IMG/VR virus record: IMGVR_UViG_3300044680_000280
Location: 1-64,000 of that record
Direction: 5' to 3' (one strand)
Length of the DNA: 64,000 bases
Below, piece after piece: positions 35,364 through 44,009 of this stretch. A program made the position numbers and the translations under genes. The notes below the pieces were generated by a model that did no database searches, was not told the origin of the DNA, and worked only from the letters and a program-made list of their open reading frames with translations. Positions within the stretch are counted from its first letter, which is position 1. Each line of letters begins with the position of its first letter.

Positions 35364-35939
35364 CTATACACCGGGAGTCGAGCGGAATCGTACTTTTGAT
35401 CCAGGACTCACGACCTTTTCGTTGGTCTTCTCCGGTTCAGCTACCTCCCAAGCGTCCTTCTTTTCCTGGGGGAGAACATTTCCCACCATACGGGGTCCCT
35501 GATCCGGAGTATTCAACGTTGGCAAACGGATGAGCTGAGAACGTTCGAGCTTTAGTGGATGAGCTGGGACTGGGAACGGTTCAGCTACGCCTTTCGTTTC
35601 AGTCTGAATAGAAGCGGGCTTGACCGCTTCCTTGTCGTTCAGATCTCGAGGATCCACCCACGAGGAGGTCCAAACCTCGGGCGCCGGACCAGGATCGATC
35701 ATGAGGAACTTCTTCCCCGAAATAGTCTCGTAGCGTGAATCGCTAGGGTCCAGCCTCGGTGGATTGGCGAAAAGGTTCTCGTACCAGGAACCAACACGCT
35801 TTTCGAACTTGCTTTGACCAACTCGACTCCTCGTGCACTCCGTCTGCATGCATCGATCGCAGAAGGTCATCTTGAACTGGTCAAGAGGAACGTTCTGATC
35901 ATTACACACCTTGAGAAGGTCACTTCTATTCGAGGGCAT
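35364..35939 (-). CDS. hypothetical protein with N-terminal Cys motif
   Basis: CDRCMQTEC. Confidence 0.65.
   Translation of the reverse strand: MPSNRSDLLKVCNDQNVPLDQFKMTFCDRCMQTECTRSRVGQSKFEKRVGSWYENLFANPPRLDPSDSRYETISGKKFLMIDPGPAPEVWTSSWVDPRDLNDKEAVKPASIQTETKGVAEPFPVPAHPLKLERSQLIRLPTLNTPDQGPRMVGNVLPQEKKDAWEVAEPEKTNEKVVSPGSKVRFRSTPGV
35367..35373 (-). promoter_or_regulatory. CGGTGTA upstream element
   Basis: 42 nt before ATG 35324. Confidence 0.55.
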
Positions 35940-35959
35940 CGTTCCCTAACATAGCAATT

Positions 35960-38812
35960 TCATAAACACTTTGGGCTTAAGTTCTGCTCGTAAAGGTGTT
36001 GGGCGAAGCGCTCTGGATTGACCCGAATGTTCAAGCTAGCTGGAATAAGAACCTCTCCCGTACCAGCCAAAGTCAGACTGAGGACCTTATTTCCTGGAGC
36101 CTCCGCATCGTAGAGCTTTCCACAGATGCCAAGTAGATCGTCCAAGGTTTTCTGTGTGGCGTACACGATCTGTTGGTGAAATACGTCTCCTGATGTTGAG
36201 GCTGGCGGCGGTGTTGAGGCTGGCGGCGGTGTTGAAGCCCTAGAAGGAGTGACTGAGACAGGTGCTGGGGTCTCGGACATTGGTGAGGCGGAAGGAACGC
36301 TGGCAGCAATGATTTCCGCAACAACTTCAGGTTGTTTTTCTGTTGTTTCCACCGCCTCGTACCCGGGTCGAAAGAGTCCCTCGAGCCAAGGGGGAACCTT
36401 ATGATATACCCGTTCCCCAACGAGGACTTCGAGCCCCTTGATCTTGTCCCCTTCCTTGTAAGGGCGTCCGTGAGTGAGCATTCCGTAGTCATATTCACCG
36501 CCCCAACTATCTCCGATTAACGGTTCGACGATGAGGGGCACCTTCCACTTGGGAGAGTGCGGCGGAACTGCCATCATCTTAGGGGAGGCCATCACACGAG
36601 TGATAACATCGAGTGCCTGCTGTACTCTAGAGTGTTTGATCTCGAAGACTATTTCGTCATGTACGGAGAGTAGCAGGCGAACCGAGTCATCCCCGTTCTG
36701 CCTCAACCACCCTAACCTGAAAAATTCCCTACAGAGGAGAACGAGGCTGATCTTCATGATGTCGGCGCCCGTTCCCTGAATAGGGAAGTTCGTCGACTTT
36801 CGTTCGCACCCAGCAACGACTTTTTTATCCATCGAGTCGATGTCAGGAATGGCGATCCATCGACCCAATGCTGTCCAGACGCCCTTGTCCCGCTTGACCT
36901 TCTGGTGCTGACCTTTGATCCAAGAGGCGAATGTCGGAACCGCTTTATCGAACGCCCCTTTTCTCCGTGTCGCCTCAAGCTTGTCGCAACCCGTTGCACG
37001 CATGATCGATGCAGGACCGCCCCCGTAAAGTAGGGCGAAGTTGGCAATTTTGCCCATCTTACGAAGTTCTTTTTTGCGGTCTTTATTGGCTTCGTCGTAG
37101 TCGGGAAAGAATGCCCTAGCTGTAATGGTGTGTAGGTCTCCGTCTCCCTCCAAAAACTCTTTGATCCAAACCTGCTCTCCGGACACGTTAGCGGCGATGC
37201 GGAGCTCTTCTCCCGCATAGTCCGCTTTGACCATTGTGTACCCCTCCCGAGCCTCAAAGCAGGTTCGCAGGGCGGAAGTCGCTGGAATGCCGTGAATGGG
37301 TATACCGGAAAAGCCTTGCGAAGGATCGCCCGCGGGAGCGCTAAAACGACCCGTTGCGGCGCCCGTCTGCTTGAACTGAAACCGCATCTCCGAATTGTCG
37401 TCGATGTTCCTCGACATGTTGCGAAGGTAGGTTGAGTCCATCTTCTCGTATCCGCGCCACTCAACGATCCAGAGAAGGATTTCAGGAAGATTGGCGTGCT
37501 CAGCTACGAGGCGCTCCAACGTGTCCGCATCCGTCTTGTACTGATTGCTCTTTTCGTTGCGGGGAGGTTTGCCCTCAGGCCAGTCCGCACTGGGCGGTAC
37601 CGTGATATCCAAACCGCTCTTACTAAATAGGAATTCGCCAAGAGCCTTAGAGCTGGATGGATCAAAACTCACGAGACCCTTGGAGGCAGCGACCTCCTTG
37701 ATCTTGGCAAGAATCTTGTCCTTCTCGGCAGTATTCGCCTCCAGAAGCTTTAGGATCTTGTCCTTGTTGACCCGAACCCTAGGTCGCTCCATCCAACGAA
37801 CAGCGTTCGAACACTGCTTCTCGACTCGATACGTTCGATTGTACTTCGTGCTGCAAAGCCCCATGACGTCTTCGTGCTTGTCCGACTTCCTGGGTTTTCG
37901 GCAGAGAAGATACGTACAGATGGCGTCCGAACAGGCGTACTTGACGCAACCGGGCTCATCGGGATAGACGTTTTGGAACTTGATTTTGGAACCCTTGACG
38001 GGAAAGAGATCCTGAATCTCAATCATCTCGTAGGGGTTGCCCTTGTCGTCCCGCAGGAGTTCGAAAGCCTTCCACTTGAGACTGAGCCTCTTGTCGTCCG
38101 AATAGTATGTGTAGAAAGCGAGGTTGCCGTCCTCGAAGCTGTCGGGGTGCCACCAATCGATGCCCGTGACCGGAAAGAGGAATTCCTGGTCGAACTTCGC
38201 ATTCCAGAAGTAAATGACAGGCTTCGGAGGCGCTGCCACTTCCTTGAAGGATAGAGGATCCTTCAGAAGCACGTCAGGCGTCTTCGGGACTGGCTGAGAG
38301 GCTTTGCAGAGCCGTGTGATCGCCGCCTCCGCCTTCTCAACGGGTAGATTGATCTCACACGGGCGACCGTCCGTGACGTGCCTTATCGGAGCGTAGTAGC
38401 CCGTCAACCCATCGTACGTGAGACAGAAACCAACGATCTTATGTTTCGTGTAAGGTTTGTCATTCGCATCGTAATAGATGCGGTTATCGAGCCCCTCGGT
38501 TTCCAAGTCGAGGGCACACTCCCCAGCCGCAATCGCACTATCGACAATGCTTTCAAGTTCCTCGATCGTTTTAACGAGGTTGAACTTGTGGTTATCCATC
38601 CAAGGGCGATGAATGTTCGTCGGACTGCTAGAGCTAGCCTTTAGTTCTAACGCGGCACGATAGTCGTCAGGGTCAACCTCAACGACCGAAACGTCGTTCT
38701 TCGGCGCGGGGGTTGGAGCCGGCGAAGCAGCGGCGACAGTCTCAGTCTGGACTTGGGGAATTTCCTCGTCGTCCAACGAGATCAGGTCGTCAATTTCAAT
38801 CTCATCCGGCAT
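35960..38812 (-). CDS. polA: family A DNA polymerase with 3'-5' exonuclease domain
   Basis: ALDLETEG, WNAKFDQ, YACSDA (exo I-III); ATGRFS, KADYAGEELR, RKMGKIANFALLYGG, NFPIQGTGADIMK, SVHDEIVFE. Confidence 0.95.
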   Translation of the reverse strand: MPDEIEIDDLISLDDEEIPQVQTETVAAASPAPTPAPKNDVSVVEVDPDDYRAALELKASSSSPTNIHRPWMDNHKFNLVKTIEELESIVDSAIAAGECALDLETEGLDNRIYYDANDKPYTKHKIVGFCLTYDGLTGYYAPIRHVTDGRPCEINLPVEKAEAAITRLCKASQPVPKTPDVLLKDPLSFKEVAAPPKPVIYFWNAKFDQEFLFPVTGIDWWHPDSFEDGNLAFYTYYSDDKRLSLKWKAFELLRDDKGNPYEMIEIQDLFPVKGSKIKFQNVYPDEPGCVKYACSDAICTYLLCRKPRKSDKHEDVMGLCSTKYNRTYRVEKQCSNAVRWMERPRVRVNKDKILKLLEANTAEKDKILAKIKEVAASKGLVSFDPSSSKALGEFLFSKSGLDITVPPSADWPEGKPPRNEKSNQYKTDADTLERLVAEHANLPEILLWIVEWRGYEKMDSTYLRNMSRNIDDNSEMRFQFKQTGAATGRFSAPAGDPSQGFSGIPIHGIPATSALRTCFEAREGYTMVKADYAGEELRIAANVSGEQVWIKEFLEGDGDLHTITARAFFPDYDEANKDRKKELRKMGKIANFALLYGGGPASIMRATGCDKLEATRRKGAFDKAVPTFASWIKGQHQKVKRDKGVWTALGRWIAIPDIDSMDKKVVAGCERKSTNFPIQGTGADIMKISLVLLCREFFRLGWLRQNGDDSVRLLLSVHDEIVFEIKHSRVQQALDVITRVMASPKMMAVPPHSPKWKVPLIVEPLIGDSWGGEYDYGMLTHGRPYKEGDKIKGLEVLVGERVYHKVPPWLEGLFRPGYEAVETTEKQPEVVAEIIAASVPSASPMSETPAPVSVTPSRASTPPPASTPPPASTSGDVFHQQIVYATQKTLDDLLGICGKLYDAEAPGNKVLSLTLAGTGEVLIPASLNIRVNPERFAQHLYEQNLSPKCL
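36194..36238. repeat. 18-bp coding tandem repeat (2.5 copies)
   Basis: tgttgaggctggcggcgg repeated; encodes PPPAST in the polA C-terminal linker. Confidence 0.8.
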
Positions 38813-39242
38813 CGGTCACCTCTTGAACGATAATTACATACACCCCCTCCCGCCAAAGCTTGATAATATCGTTGCCAAGCTGGCGAACTTTCTCATCCTC
38901 CGAGATCTCGGGCTCGTAACACCAGGGGAGCCTCTTCGCGACAGGAAAACACGTCTTTTTGTCAAAGAAAACGCAGTTTTTCCGTTGGTAACAGCGTGTG
39001 GCCTCTTCTGGCAGTTTTTTGAGGGCCCCCCACGGCGGTAACCCGAGTGTCTTGAACAGAGGGCTGGACCACCCGTAGAGGCAATGATCCATGACCTCTT
39101 GGGACACGACCGTCAGAAGGGAACACACCGATGACCCCTGCAAAGGGCGCCACTCCTCTTCCCAGACGCCGTCGAGCTCGTAGATAAGGAAAAGCTCGAG
39201 CGGTCCCATCTCCGATGTATTGACCCTCAACCGTCTGGACAC
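38802..39242 (-). CDS. hypothetical protein in the replication operon
   Basis: 146 aa with Cys cluster CYQRKNC...TC...WC. Confidence 0.65.
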   Translation of the reverse strand: MSRRLRVNTSEMGPLELFLIYELDGVWEEEWRPLQGSSVCSLLTVVSQEVMDHCLYGWSSPLFKTLGLPPWGALKKLPEEATRCYQRKNCVFFDKKTCFPVAKRLPWCYEPEISEDEKVRQLGNDIIKLWREGVYVIIVQEVTDAG

Positions 39243-39907
39243 GGTATGTCCCCCTCGCGAGCTGCTTCTTTCTCCGTGATCTTGTTACGTATACGCTGGA
39301 GGATCGACTCGGCTTTGCTGTAGGAAACGAGTTTCTTCATGACTTGAAAGTGCAGTCGATCGAGCACAACACATAACTTCAAAAACCCGGTCATGTCGAA
39401 AGCAGCACGGTACTTTCGTAGTCGGCTCTCACACAACCTGAAGTCGGATTCAAATTGTTCGAGTTCAACATTGACCGTCTCCTCCCCAGCGCTCGGACTC
39501 GAATGGTCCGCAGGACGAGGCGGAGGTGTGATACCAAAATGCTCCTCAATACCACGTAGAATAGCCCCGAACTTGGCGTCTTCCTGTCCCTCGAATTTCT
39601 TCCAGAGTCCAATGCAATCCCACCGCTCATTGCAGGCAAAACACCATACGTGACTAGGACTCTGCGGATCCTGTGGGTATACTCGAGCGGACGGGCGGCG
39701 ATCTTGACCGTGAAAAGGGCAGGAGATTTGCTCTTCACCCTCGGTATAACGAAGAGCTACCCCGTTCTTGGAAAGGACGTCGTAGACCGAGACTCGGCGA
39801 TGGATCTCGGCGATCCTCTCTTGGATCCAGACTCGCCAAGCTTCCCGAGACTGTACCTCCCTCTCAAATCGTACCGCCTCACGGGCCAAGGATTGTGGCA
39901 ATTTCAT
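39227..39907 (-). CDS. CHC2 zinc-finger (primase N-terminal domain) protein
   Basis: SCPFHGQDRRPS...WCFAC; no TOPRIM motifs. Confidence 0.8.
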   Translation of the reverse strand: MKLPQSLAREAVRFEREVQSREAWRVWIQERIAEIHRRVSVYDVLSKNGVALRYTEGEEQISCPFHGQDRRPSARVYPQDPQSPSHVWCFACNERWDCIGLWKKFEGQEDAKFGAILRGIEEHFGITPPPRPADHSSPSAGEETVNVELEQFESDFRLCESRLRKYRAAFDMTGFLKLCVVLDRLHFQVMKKLVSYSKAESILQRIRNKITEKEAAREGDIPCPDG

Positions 39908-41351
39908 CTCCCTCTTGTACGTTCATCCCGCAGTCGGAATCCGTGTCGAGATTTCTCATACGACGGCACAGAAATTCGACTTGCGCGTTGAACGGTTCGA
40001 ACTGAGGATTGTCCCGGTTTTTGGGATTGCAGAACTTCGTTTGCCCCTCTCGACGAAGAGCGTCATCAAGGTAGGTTGCCGTGACAACGTCCGCCGACCG
40101 CTCCGCCTCGTTGGCGTATGCAAGAGCGTTCATGCGGTAGATACCTTCGTTCTTCTCTGCTTCGATCTTACCTTGACGGTTGATCTGAAACAGCATGAGA
40201 ACGGGGATTCCGTTACCGTGATCGAAGTGGAGAGCGAATCGTTTGGCATCTCGAATGACGGAGTTCAGCTCGATCGTGTAGTTGTTGTTCTTTTTCTTCT
40301 TGCGGGGTTCCATCAAACCGCCGTGGTCCAAAACAACGAAGCCGATTTCTGTCTGCTTGTTGAGGAGCTCAGCCTTGAATCGTGCGTCGTCCATCGAAAC
40401 GTCGTCGTCTGGCTCCCAGACATGGAACTCGCAGTACTCAGGATTCGTCGTGAAATCCTCAATGACTAGCTGGTAAAAAGCCTCCTCCTCTGGAGAAAGC
40501 TCCCCGTCTCTCACCTTGCGGTAGTCGAGAGGTTTTGGGAACCCGAGAAGGGGCCATCGAGCGTGAGCCGAATGGATCGTGTAGAGAAGTCTTCGAATAT
40601 GGGAGTACTTCATTTCGAAGGAGGCATAGAAAACGTTCGTACGGTACCTTGTGACGAGGTTGTAGCACCAGTTCATGGCAAAAGTGGACTTCAATTCCCC
40701 CGCGTACGCCGCATGCAGGTGGAGTTCCCCCTTCTTCAATCCGTGGCAGACGACGTCAATCTTTTCGAGGCCGGTCGCCTTACCCCACGACTTGTCTTTA
40801 TTCAATTTGGCGGTAATGTACTCGTTCCAAACCTCTTGACCGTCTCTTCGAATGTCCCCGTCGTGTCGGTCGCTCCGCTCGGGAAGGATCAACTGCAAAG
40901 CCTTCTCTTGGAAGTAGAGCAGGCCATCCCGAACACCTTGCTTCTTGACTTTCTCTCGCCCCTCCTCAATCATCAAGCCCTTGGTGATGATCTCCCCACA
41001 GATCTTGACCAGGGCCTCCGCTTTGAACCTGTTCTGATTCTCGAGTAGGTGAGTAAGGAGGCTGGCGAATCCAGTACGAACGTAGTGCTTAGCCGACTCG
41101 ATGTCCTTCAATCGCTCGAAGGCTTCCGTGTCATTTGTACCGGAGGGTCCAAAATAGTCCCGAACCGTCACTAAGGTCGGAAGCTCAAAGTGCGTAATGA
41201 AGTACGTCGAAATGTACTTGAAGATCGCCTCGTCCTCGGGCTGAGTCCACTCAATTTTGGAGTCCCGAAGTCTCGTGTAGTTGTGGATGAGCATCTCTTG
41301 GGTGACGCCCTCTGAACCCATATCCAGAACTGATCGAAGTAAGCGCTTCAT
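39879..41351 (-). CDS. dnaB: DnaB-like replicative helicase
   Basis: AYAGELKSTF Walker A, SFEM, VVLDH, FQINR, AERSADVV, KNRD. Confidence 0.85.
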   Translation of the reverse strand: MKRLLRSVLDMGSEGVTQEMLIHNYTRLRDSKIEWTQPEDEAIFKYISTYFITHFELPTLVTVRDYFGPSGTNDTEAFERLKDIESAKHYVRTGFASLLTHLLENQNRFKAEALVKICGEIITKGLMIEEGREKVKKQGVRDGLLYFQEKALQLILPERSDRHDGDIRRDGQEVWNEYITAKLNKDKSWGKATGLEKIDVVCHGLKKGELHLHAAYAGELKSTFAMNWCYNLVTRYRTNVFYASFEMKYSHIRRLLYTIHSAHARWPLLGFPKPLDYRKVRDGELSPEEEAFYQLVIEDFTTNPEYCEFHVWEPDDDVSMDDARFKAELLNKQTEIGFVVLDHGGLMEPRKKKKNNNYTIELNSVIRDAKRFALHFDHGNGIPVLMLFQINRQGKIEAEKNEGIYRMNALAYANEAERSADVVTATYLDDALRREGQTKFCNPKNRDNPQFEPFNAQVEFLCRRMRNLDTDSDCGMNVQEGDEIATILGP

Positions 41352-42257
41352 TTAGTGCCTCCATTTTTTATTGGGGCTGTTTCGCCTGCCGTACTTCGTC
41401 TTCTTTGGCTTGTGCTCCAACACCATGAGGGACTCTTCCACTGAGAGGTCTGATGAAACCACCTCGTCCTCATCAGATGTGACCATCATGTCGGGCTCCT
41501 CTTCAATAGAACCCGTAATCGGATCGGACTCCCCTGACTGCATAACGGTCACGGGCGACGAAACATACTCTTTATCGTCGCCCGTAGTAAGGTCGAACTC
41601 CTCAAAATGATCGTGAATGTACCCAGCGGTTTCCTCACTGTAGGAGTAATTTCCCTGAAGCGTGCCGTCAATCATGACGGCAGTGTACGGGTTGTCAGGT
41701 TCCTCAACGAGCCAGGTCGGTTTGTTGTTGACCTCACGAATCATGAGAGCTTCTTTCAAGTAGCCGGCCGCCGCGATATTTTTGTGGCCGAGCTTCCCAA
41801 GACGAACAATGACGAGGTCTGGATCCTCAAGCAGGTCATAGAGAGAGTCGTAGAACTGATGCTTCCCGTCCTCTCTTTCCGATCTTGACTTGAGTATGGC
41901 GGACTCCTTTCCGAGTCGAACATTGAGAATCCGCTCATCCGTGACGATACGGAACCTGAAGTTCAGCCCCTTGTAGAATAGGGTCCACTTCAAATGTGGC
42001 AGAAGAGTGCGCCAGGACGACTTGACGAACATGTTCTGCTTGGTCAGATCAACGGAGGGCCTCCGACGGACCGCACCAAGGACATAAAATGGGCTGCTCT
42101 TCACATTCTCGGCCGCTAGAATCTCAGGACCCAGGTGAGTCCTGAACATACGGCGCTTACCGCAAACGCAAAGCTGCACATGCAGGTCATCGATATCGAT
42201 GACCCCTTTTCCGCCGCATATCTCGCAAAGGGGCTCGTCCTCAAAGAATGTGGGCAT
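41352..42257 (-). CDS. DnaC/IstB-like helicase-loader homologue with degenerate ATPase motifs
   Basis: CEICGGKG...CVC zinc motif; PDLVIVRLG at the Walker B position; R...KPTW; no GxxGxGKT. Confidence 0.55.
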   Translation of the reverse strand: MPTFFEDEPLCEICGGKGVIDIDDLHVQLCVCGKRRMFRTHLGPEILAAENVKSSPFYVLGAVRRRPSVDLTKQNMFVKSSWRTLLPHLKWTLFYKGLNFRFRIVTDERILNVRLGKESAILKSRSEREDGKHQFYDSLYDLLEDPDLVIVRLGKLGHKNIAAAGYLKEALMIREVNNKPTWLVEEPDNPYTAVMIDGTLQGNYSYSEETAGYIHDHFEEFDLTTGDDKEYVSSPVTVMQSGESDPITGSIEEEPDMMVTSDEDEVVSSDLSVEESLMVLEHKPKKTKYGRRNSPNKKWRH

Positions 42258-42266
42258 TAGGACTCC

Positions 42267-43985
42267 TTACTTGTCTTGCTTCATGCGAGAAACCAGGTCT
42301 CGAATCGAAGATTTCTCCTTCTGAAAGTCGAGGGCCCCGACGGCTGTCTCCCCGATTACGGAATCCACGAACTCTTTCTTACTACGAAGCAGTTCGAGTA
42401 CGTGGTGGTCGATCGTACGTTTCTGCTTGACCGTTCGACCGGGACGTACGGCAACAAGATGGTACACCACTACGTTCTGGTGCACAGATCCGATTCGAAT
42501 GGGTCGGCCCAACAGTTGAATGTAGTTGCCCCAAGACCACGGGGCGTCCATGAATACCATTGAGGAGGCGGCCTGGAGATTGATCGCTTCGGAACCAGCG
42601 TCAGATATGAATATGACATTCGTCCCACTATTCGTATCCTGAAAGGTCTCCCTCGAGCGCTTTCTAGCGGCGTCGTTCTCGGCGCCAGTAATTCGGACGC
42701 TCTTGATCTTGGCATCCTTGAGCAGCGCGGATAGCCTGGTGATGAACTTCTCGAATCGAGAGTAGATGATGACCTTCTCCCCATCGAGCTCATTTGCCAG
42801 CAAGTCAAGAAGAGTCGACTCTTTGGCGCTCGTGATGTTCTCCTCGTACTTGATAAGGCTCAGAGAATTGACGATCTCTTGGCAATAGATAAGAGACGCC
42901 ATGGCCTTCGTTTCCTGGTAGTCTTTGATCTCCCCGTCTCCGAGCGTGAGAATACCGGATAGAGCCTCCTCGTACTTCATGTTCTCACCCGGACCGAGCT
43001 CACATACAATCTCTTTCGTCACAAGCTGGGGGAGCTCATTTGAAACTGCGTGCTTCGGACGTCCAAGAAAAAAGGGGTCGATGGTGGCGCGGAACTGGTC
43101 TAGGTTCTTGTACCCAACGATGATCGGAACCTTTCTGCGTGACCCGGGAATCGCCTGGAGCTTGGTGACGCAGTAGTCCTTCATGAACTGCGATACGTTG
43201 GTGAAGAGCCTCGGTTGAATGACCTTGTAGATGGCAAATCCCTCGATGAGGTTGTTCTTCAAGAGAGTCGCGGTCAATCCGTAGACCCTCTTGCCCTTCT
43301 TCGAGAGGAAAGAACACGTCTGCCAGGTCTTGGTCCTGGAATTTTTGAAGGCGGTCGCCTCGTCAAAAATTACGACGGGCCGCTCGAGCTTGGACGTTAC
43401 ACTATCGAGGAGACCGGGGACAACGGGCTTGTTCGGGTCCGGTCTACCTTTCTCATCCACTGGCTGGAAGCCTCCGGCATCCCAATCGCGAATGAGAATG
43501 GCATAATTGATGAGCAAGACGACCTTTTCAGCGTTCGCCCCGGTGGGCGCCTGGGCGAAGTCCTCGTACGCCTTTTTGCGATCTTCAGGCTTGCCAGCCG
43601 CAACAATGGGACGAACGCCGACCATGAACCTTTCGATCTCCGTCGCCCATTGCCAGAGGGCGCTCTTTGGGGTCACGACGATGACCTTGTTATCGTGTTC
43701 TTTTTCCCAGAGATAGGCGAGCGCCCCGATGAGCTGGATCGTTTTTCCCAAACCCGTGCCATCACCAAGGACCATCCGATCCATCACAAGTAGATGGTAG
43801 ACGCCGATATACTGGTAGTACCGAAAGGTAAAGGGGACCATCTTCCCGTCGACCTCGATCTCCTGACGTAACATCGAGATGGGCTTCAACTTGAGATCCG
43901 TAGATGCCCGGATTTTCAGAAGAGATTGCCTACGGCGCTCCATCTCTTGGAGCCACGGGGAGGCGTCGATTTTCTTGGCGGCCAT
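42267..43985 (-). CDS. SNF2-family helicase
   Basis: LGDGTGLGKT, FDEATAFKN, GLTATLLKN, KVIIYS, SDAGSEAINLQ, QLLGRPIRIG. Confidence 0.92.
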   Translation of the reverse strand: MAAKKIDASPWLQEMERRRQSLLKIRASTDLKLKPISMLRQEIEVDGKMVPFTFRYYQYIGVYHLLVMDRMVLGDGTGLGKTIQLIGALAYLWEKEHDNKVIVVTPKSALWQWATEIERFMVGVRPIVAAGKPEDRKKAYEDFAQAPTGANAEKVVLLINYAILIRDWDAGGFQPVDEKGRPDPNKPVVPGLLDSVTSKLERPVVIFDEATAFKNSRTKTWQTCSFLSKKGKRVYGLTATLLKNNLIEGFAIYKVIQPRLFTNVSQFMKDYCVTKLQAIPGSRRKVPIIVGYKNLDQFRATIDPFFLGRPKHAVSNELPQLVTKEIVCELGPGENMKYEEALSGILTLGDGEIKDYQETKAMASLIYCQEIVNSLSLIKYEENITSAKESTLLDLLANELDGEKVIIYSRFEKFITRLSALLKDAKIKSVRITGAENDAARKRSRETFQDTNSGTNVIFISDAGSEAINLQAASSMVFMDAPWSWGNYIQLLGRPIRIGSVHQNVVVYHLVAVRPGRTVKQKRTIDHHVLELLRSKKEFVDSVIGETAVGALDFQKEKSSIRDLVSRMKQDK

Positions 43986-43996
43986 CGGAAGCCACC

Positions 43997-44003
43997 TACA
44001 CCG
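43997..44003 (-). promoter_or_regulatory. CGGTGTA upstream element
   Basis: 11 nt before the SNF2 ATG. Confidence 0.6.
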
Positions 44004-44009
44004 AGATCG

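Noticed and set aside
17342-36238. Short tandem repeats as CRISPR arrays or origins
   Set aside because: The 15-bp and 18-bp units are in-frame, spacerless and encode Pro-rich linkers.
35960-41351. Inteins or introns in polA and dnaB
   Set aside because: Motifs are contiguous, with no C/S...HN splice ends and no LAGLIDADG inserts; extra length comes from Pro/Ala linkers.
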